A DNA stretch of 58,849 nucleotides from Candidatus Zipacnadia bacterium (GTDB lineage: Bacteria > Armatimonadota > Zipacnadia > Zipacnadales > UBA5352). The stretch spans positions 1 to 58,849 of the forward strand of contig JALGVE010000010.1 of NCBI GenBank assembly GCA_029820045.1. The letters run 5' to 3'. The translations under genes were made by a program, and so were the position numbers. The notes below the pieces were generated by a model that was given only the letters and a program-made list of their open reading frames with translations, searched no databases and was not told where the DNA came from. Position 1 is the stretch's first letter. Each line of letters begins with the position of its first letter. Shown here piece after piece: positions 57,653-58,849 of this stretch.

Positions 57653-58849
57653 TCAGAAGCTTCCCAGCGCCTCCTTGTCGCCCTCATCCATCGGGATTAC
57701 TTCCTCGGCCGCCGGCGCGTTCTCTCCGCCAACTAGCTTTAGTGACGTGCCTGCGGCCTTGTGCGCGGTCGGAGCATGGGCTGGTGTTGTAGCTCGGCCC
57801 CCTCCTCCCGCGGCGCTGCTCAGCCTGAAGGCCTCCACCATCGCGCGCAGCTCCTGAGCCTGAGCGGATAGCTCCTCCGAGGCGCTGGCCGACTCCTCGG
57901 AGTTGGCCGCGTTCTGCTGAGTGACCTGGTCCATCTGGCCCACGGCGGTGTTGATCTGCTCGATGCCCTGGGCCTGCTCGTTGCTGGCCGCGGCGATCTC
58001 AGCCACCAGGCTGTTGACCTTGCTGGAGCCGTCGGCGATCTCCACCAACGCCTCGGCGACCTCCTGGCTGATAGCGACGCCGCCTTCGGCGTTCTTCACC
58101 GATTCCGCGATCATGTCGGCAGTGTTCTTCGCAGCCTCGGCGCTGCGCTGCGCGAGGTTGCGGACCTCCTCGGCCACCACGGCAAAGCCCTTGCCAGCAT
58201 CGCCAGCGCGGGCCGCCTCCACCGCGGCGTTGAGCGCCAGCAGATTGGTCTGGAAGGCGATCTCGTCAATGGTCTTGACGATCTTGCTGGTCTCCTCCGA
58301 GGATTTCTGGATGTCGTCTATGGCCGCGGACATGCGTCCCATTGCCTCGCTGCCCTTGTCGGCACTCGACTGGGCCCCGGCGGCGAGGTTTGTGGCTTCG
58401 TCGGCATTGCCAGCGTTCTGCTTGGTCATCGAGGACATCTGCTCGAGGCTGGCTCCTCGAGAGCACTGGCTTGCTCGGCGGCGCCTTCAGCCAGGCTCTG
58501 GCTGCCAGTGCCGATCTGTCCGCTGGCCTCGGCAATCTGCACCACCGCCGCCGCGACCTGGCCCAGAGCCTCATCTATCCCGGCGACCGCGGCGTTGATG
58601 TTGTTCTTCAGCTCTGCGAAATCGCCTTTGTAGGCGCCCTCCATGCGCTTGGTGACGTCCCGCTGCGCTGCGGCCTCCAGCACTATCGCGGCCTCGTTAA
58701 TCGGCCCGACGATCGCGTCGAGCGTATTGTTGACGCCCTGGAGAATCTGAGCGTAGTCGCCTTGGTACTGCGAGATGTCGGCGCGGCTGTCGAGCTTGCC
58801 TGCGACCGCGTCATCGGCGAGCCGGGCCGACTCGGCGATCAATCCGTTC
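57653..58849 (-). pseudogene. Methyl-accepting chemotaxis protein (5' part outside window), frameshifted near 58452
   Basis: HAMP-like and EQASALEE in one frame. [13 protein letters not shown] and [40 protein letters not shown] in another. May be a real lesion or a sequencing/assembly error. Confidence 0.8.

Overview
High-GC bacterial genomic window. The DUF5693-csaB pair, an H-X9-DG prepilin-like gene and many Gfo/Idh/MocA, sulfatase and large glycan-processing genes suggest Armatimonadota or a similar lineage (inference, not verified). Left to right: (1) the 3' end of an oxidoreductase, followed by toxin-antitoxin modules (HTH-MNT/HEPN, a relE remnant, an intact RelE pair) separated by re-duplicated copies of that gene's 3' end; (2) a WD40 lipoprotein; (3) a translationally coupled wHTH gene plus a double-domain KaiC-like ATPase fused to a sugar solute-binding domain with no signal peptide, divergent from a GH2 (best candidate for an undescribed system); (4) prepilin-like gene, oxidoreductases, DUF5693/CsaB; (5) TolB-like gene facing a TPR-ExbB-ExbD-TonB-like/DUF4159 cluster; (6) heparinase II/III-like, PPC and GH42-like genes; (7) an oxidoreductase/isomerase/sulfatase run with two Thr-type sulfatase-like proteins; (8) a giant PL26-like protein; (9) a sigma28-driven pseudo-histidine-kinase/HD-GYP pair and the tail of a chemotaxis operon (cheB, cheX, cheY, cheD, two cheR, frameshifted MCP). 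Intergenic DNA carries several palindromic REP/MITE-like families. No rRNA, tRNA, CRISPR array, integrase or transposase was recognised. All family calls come from reading motifs by eye, not from database searches.
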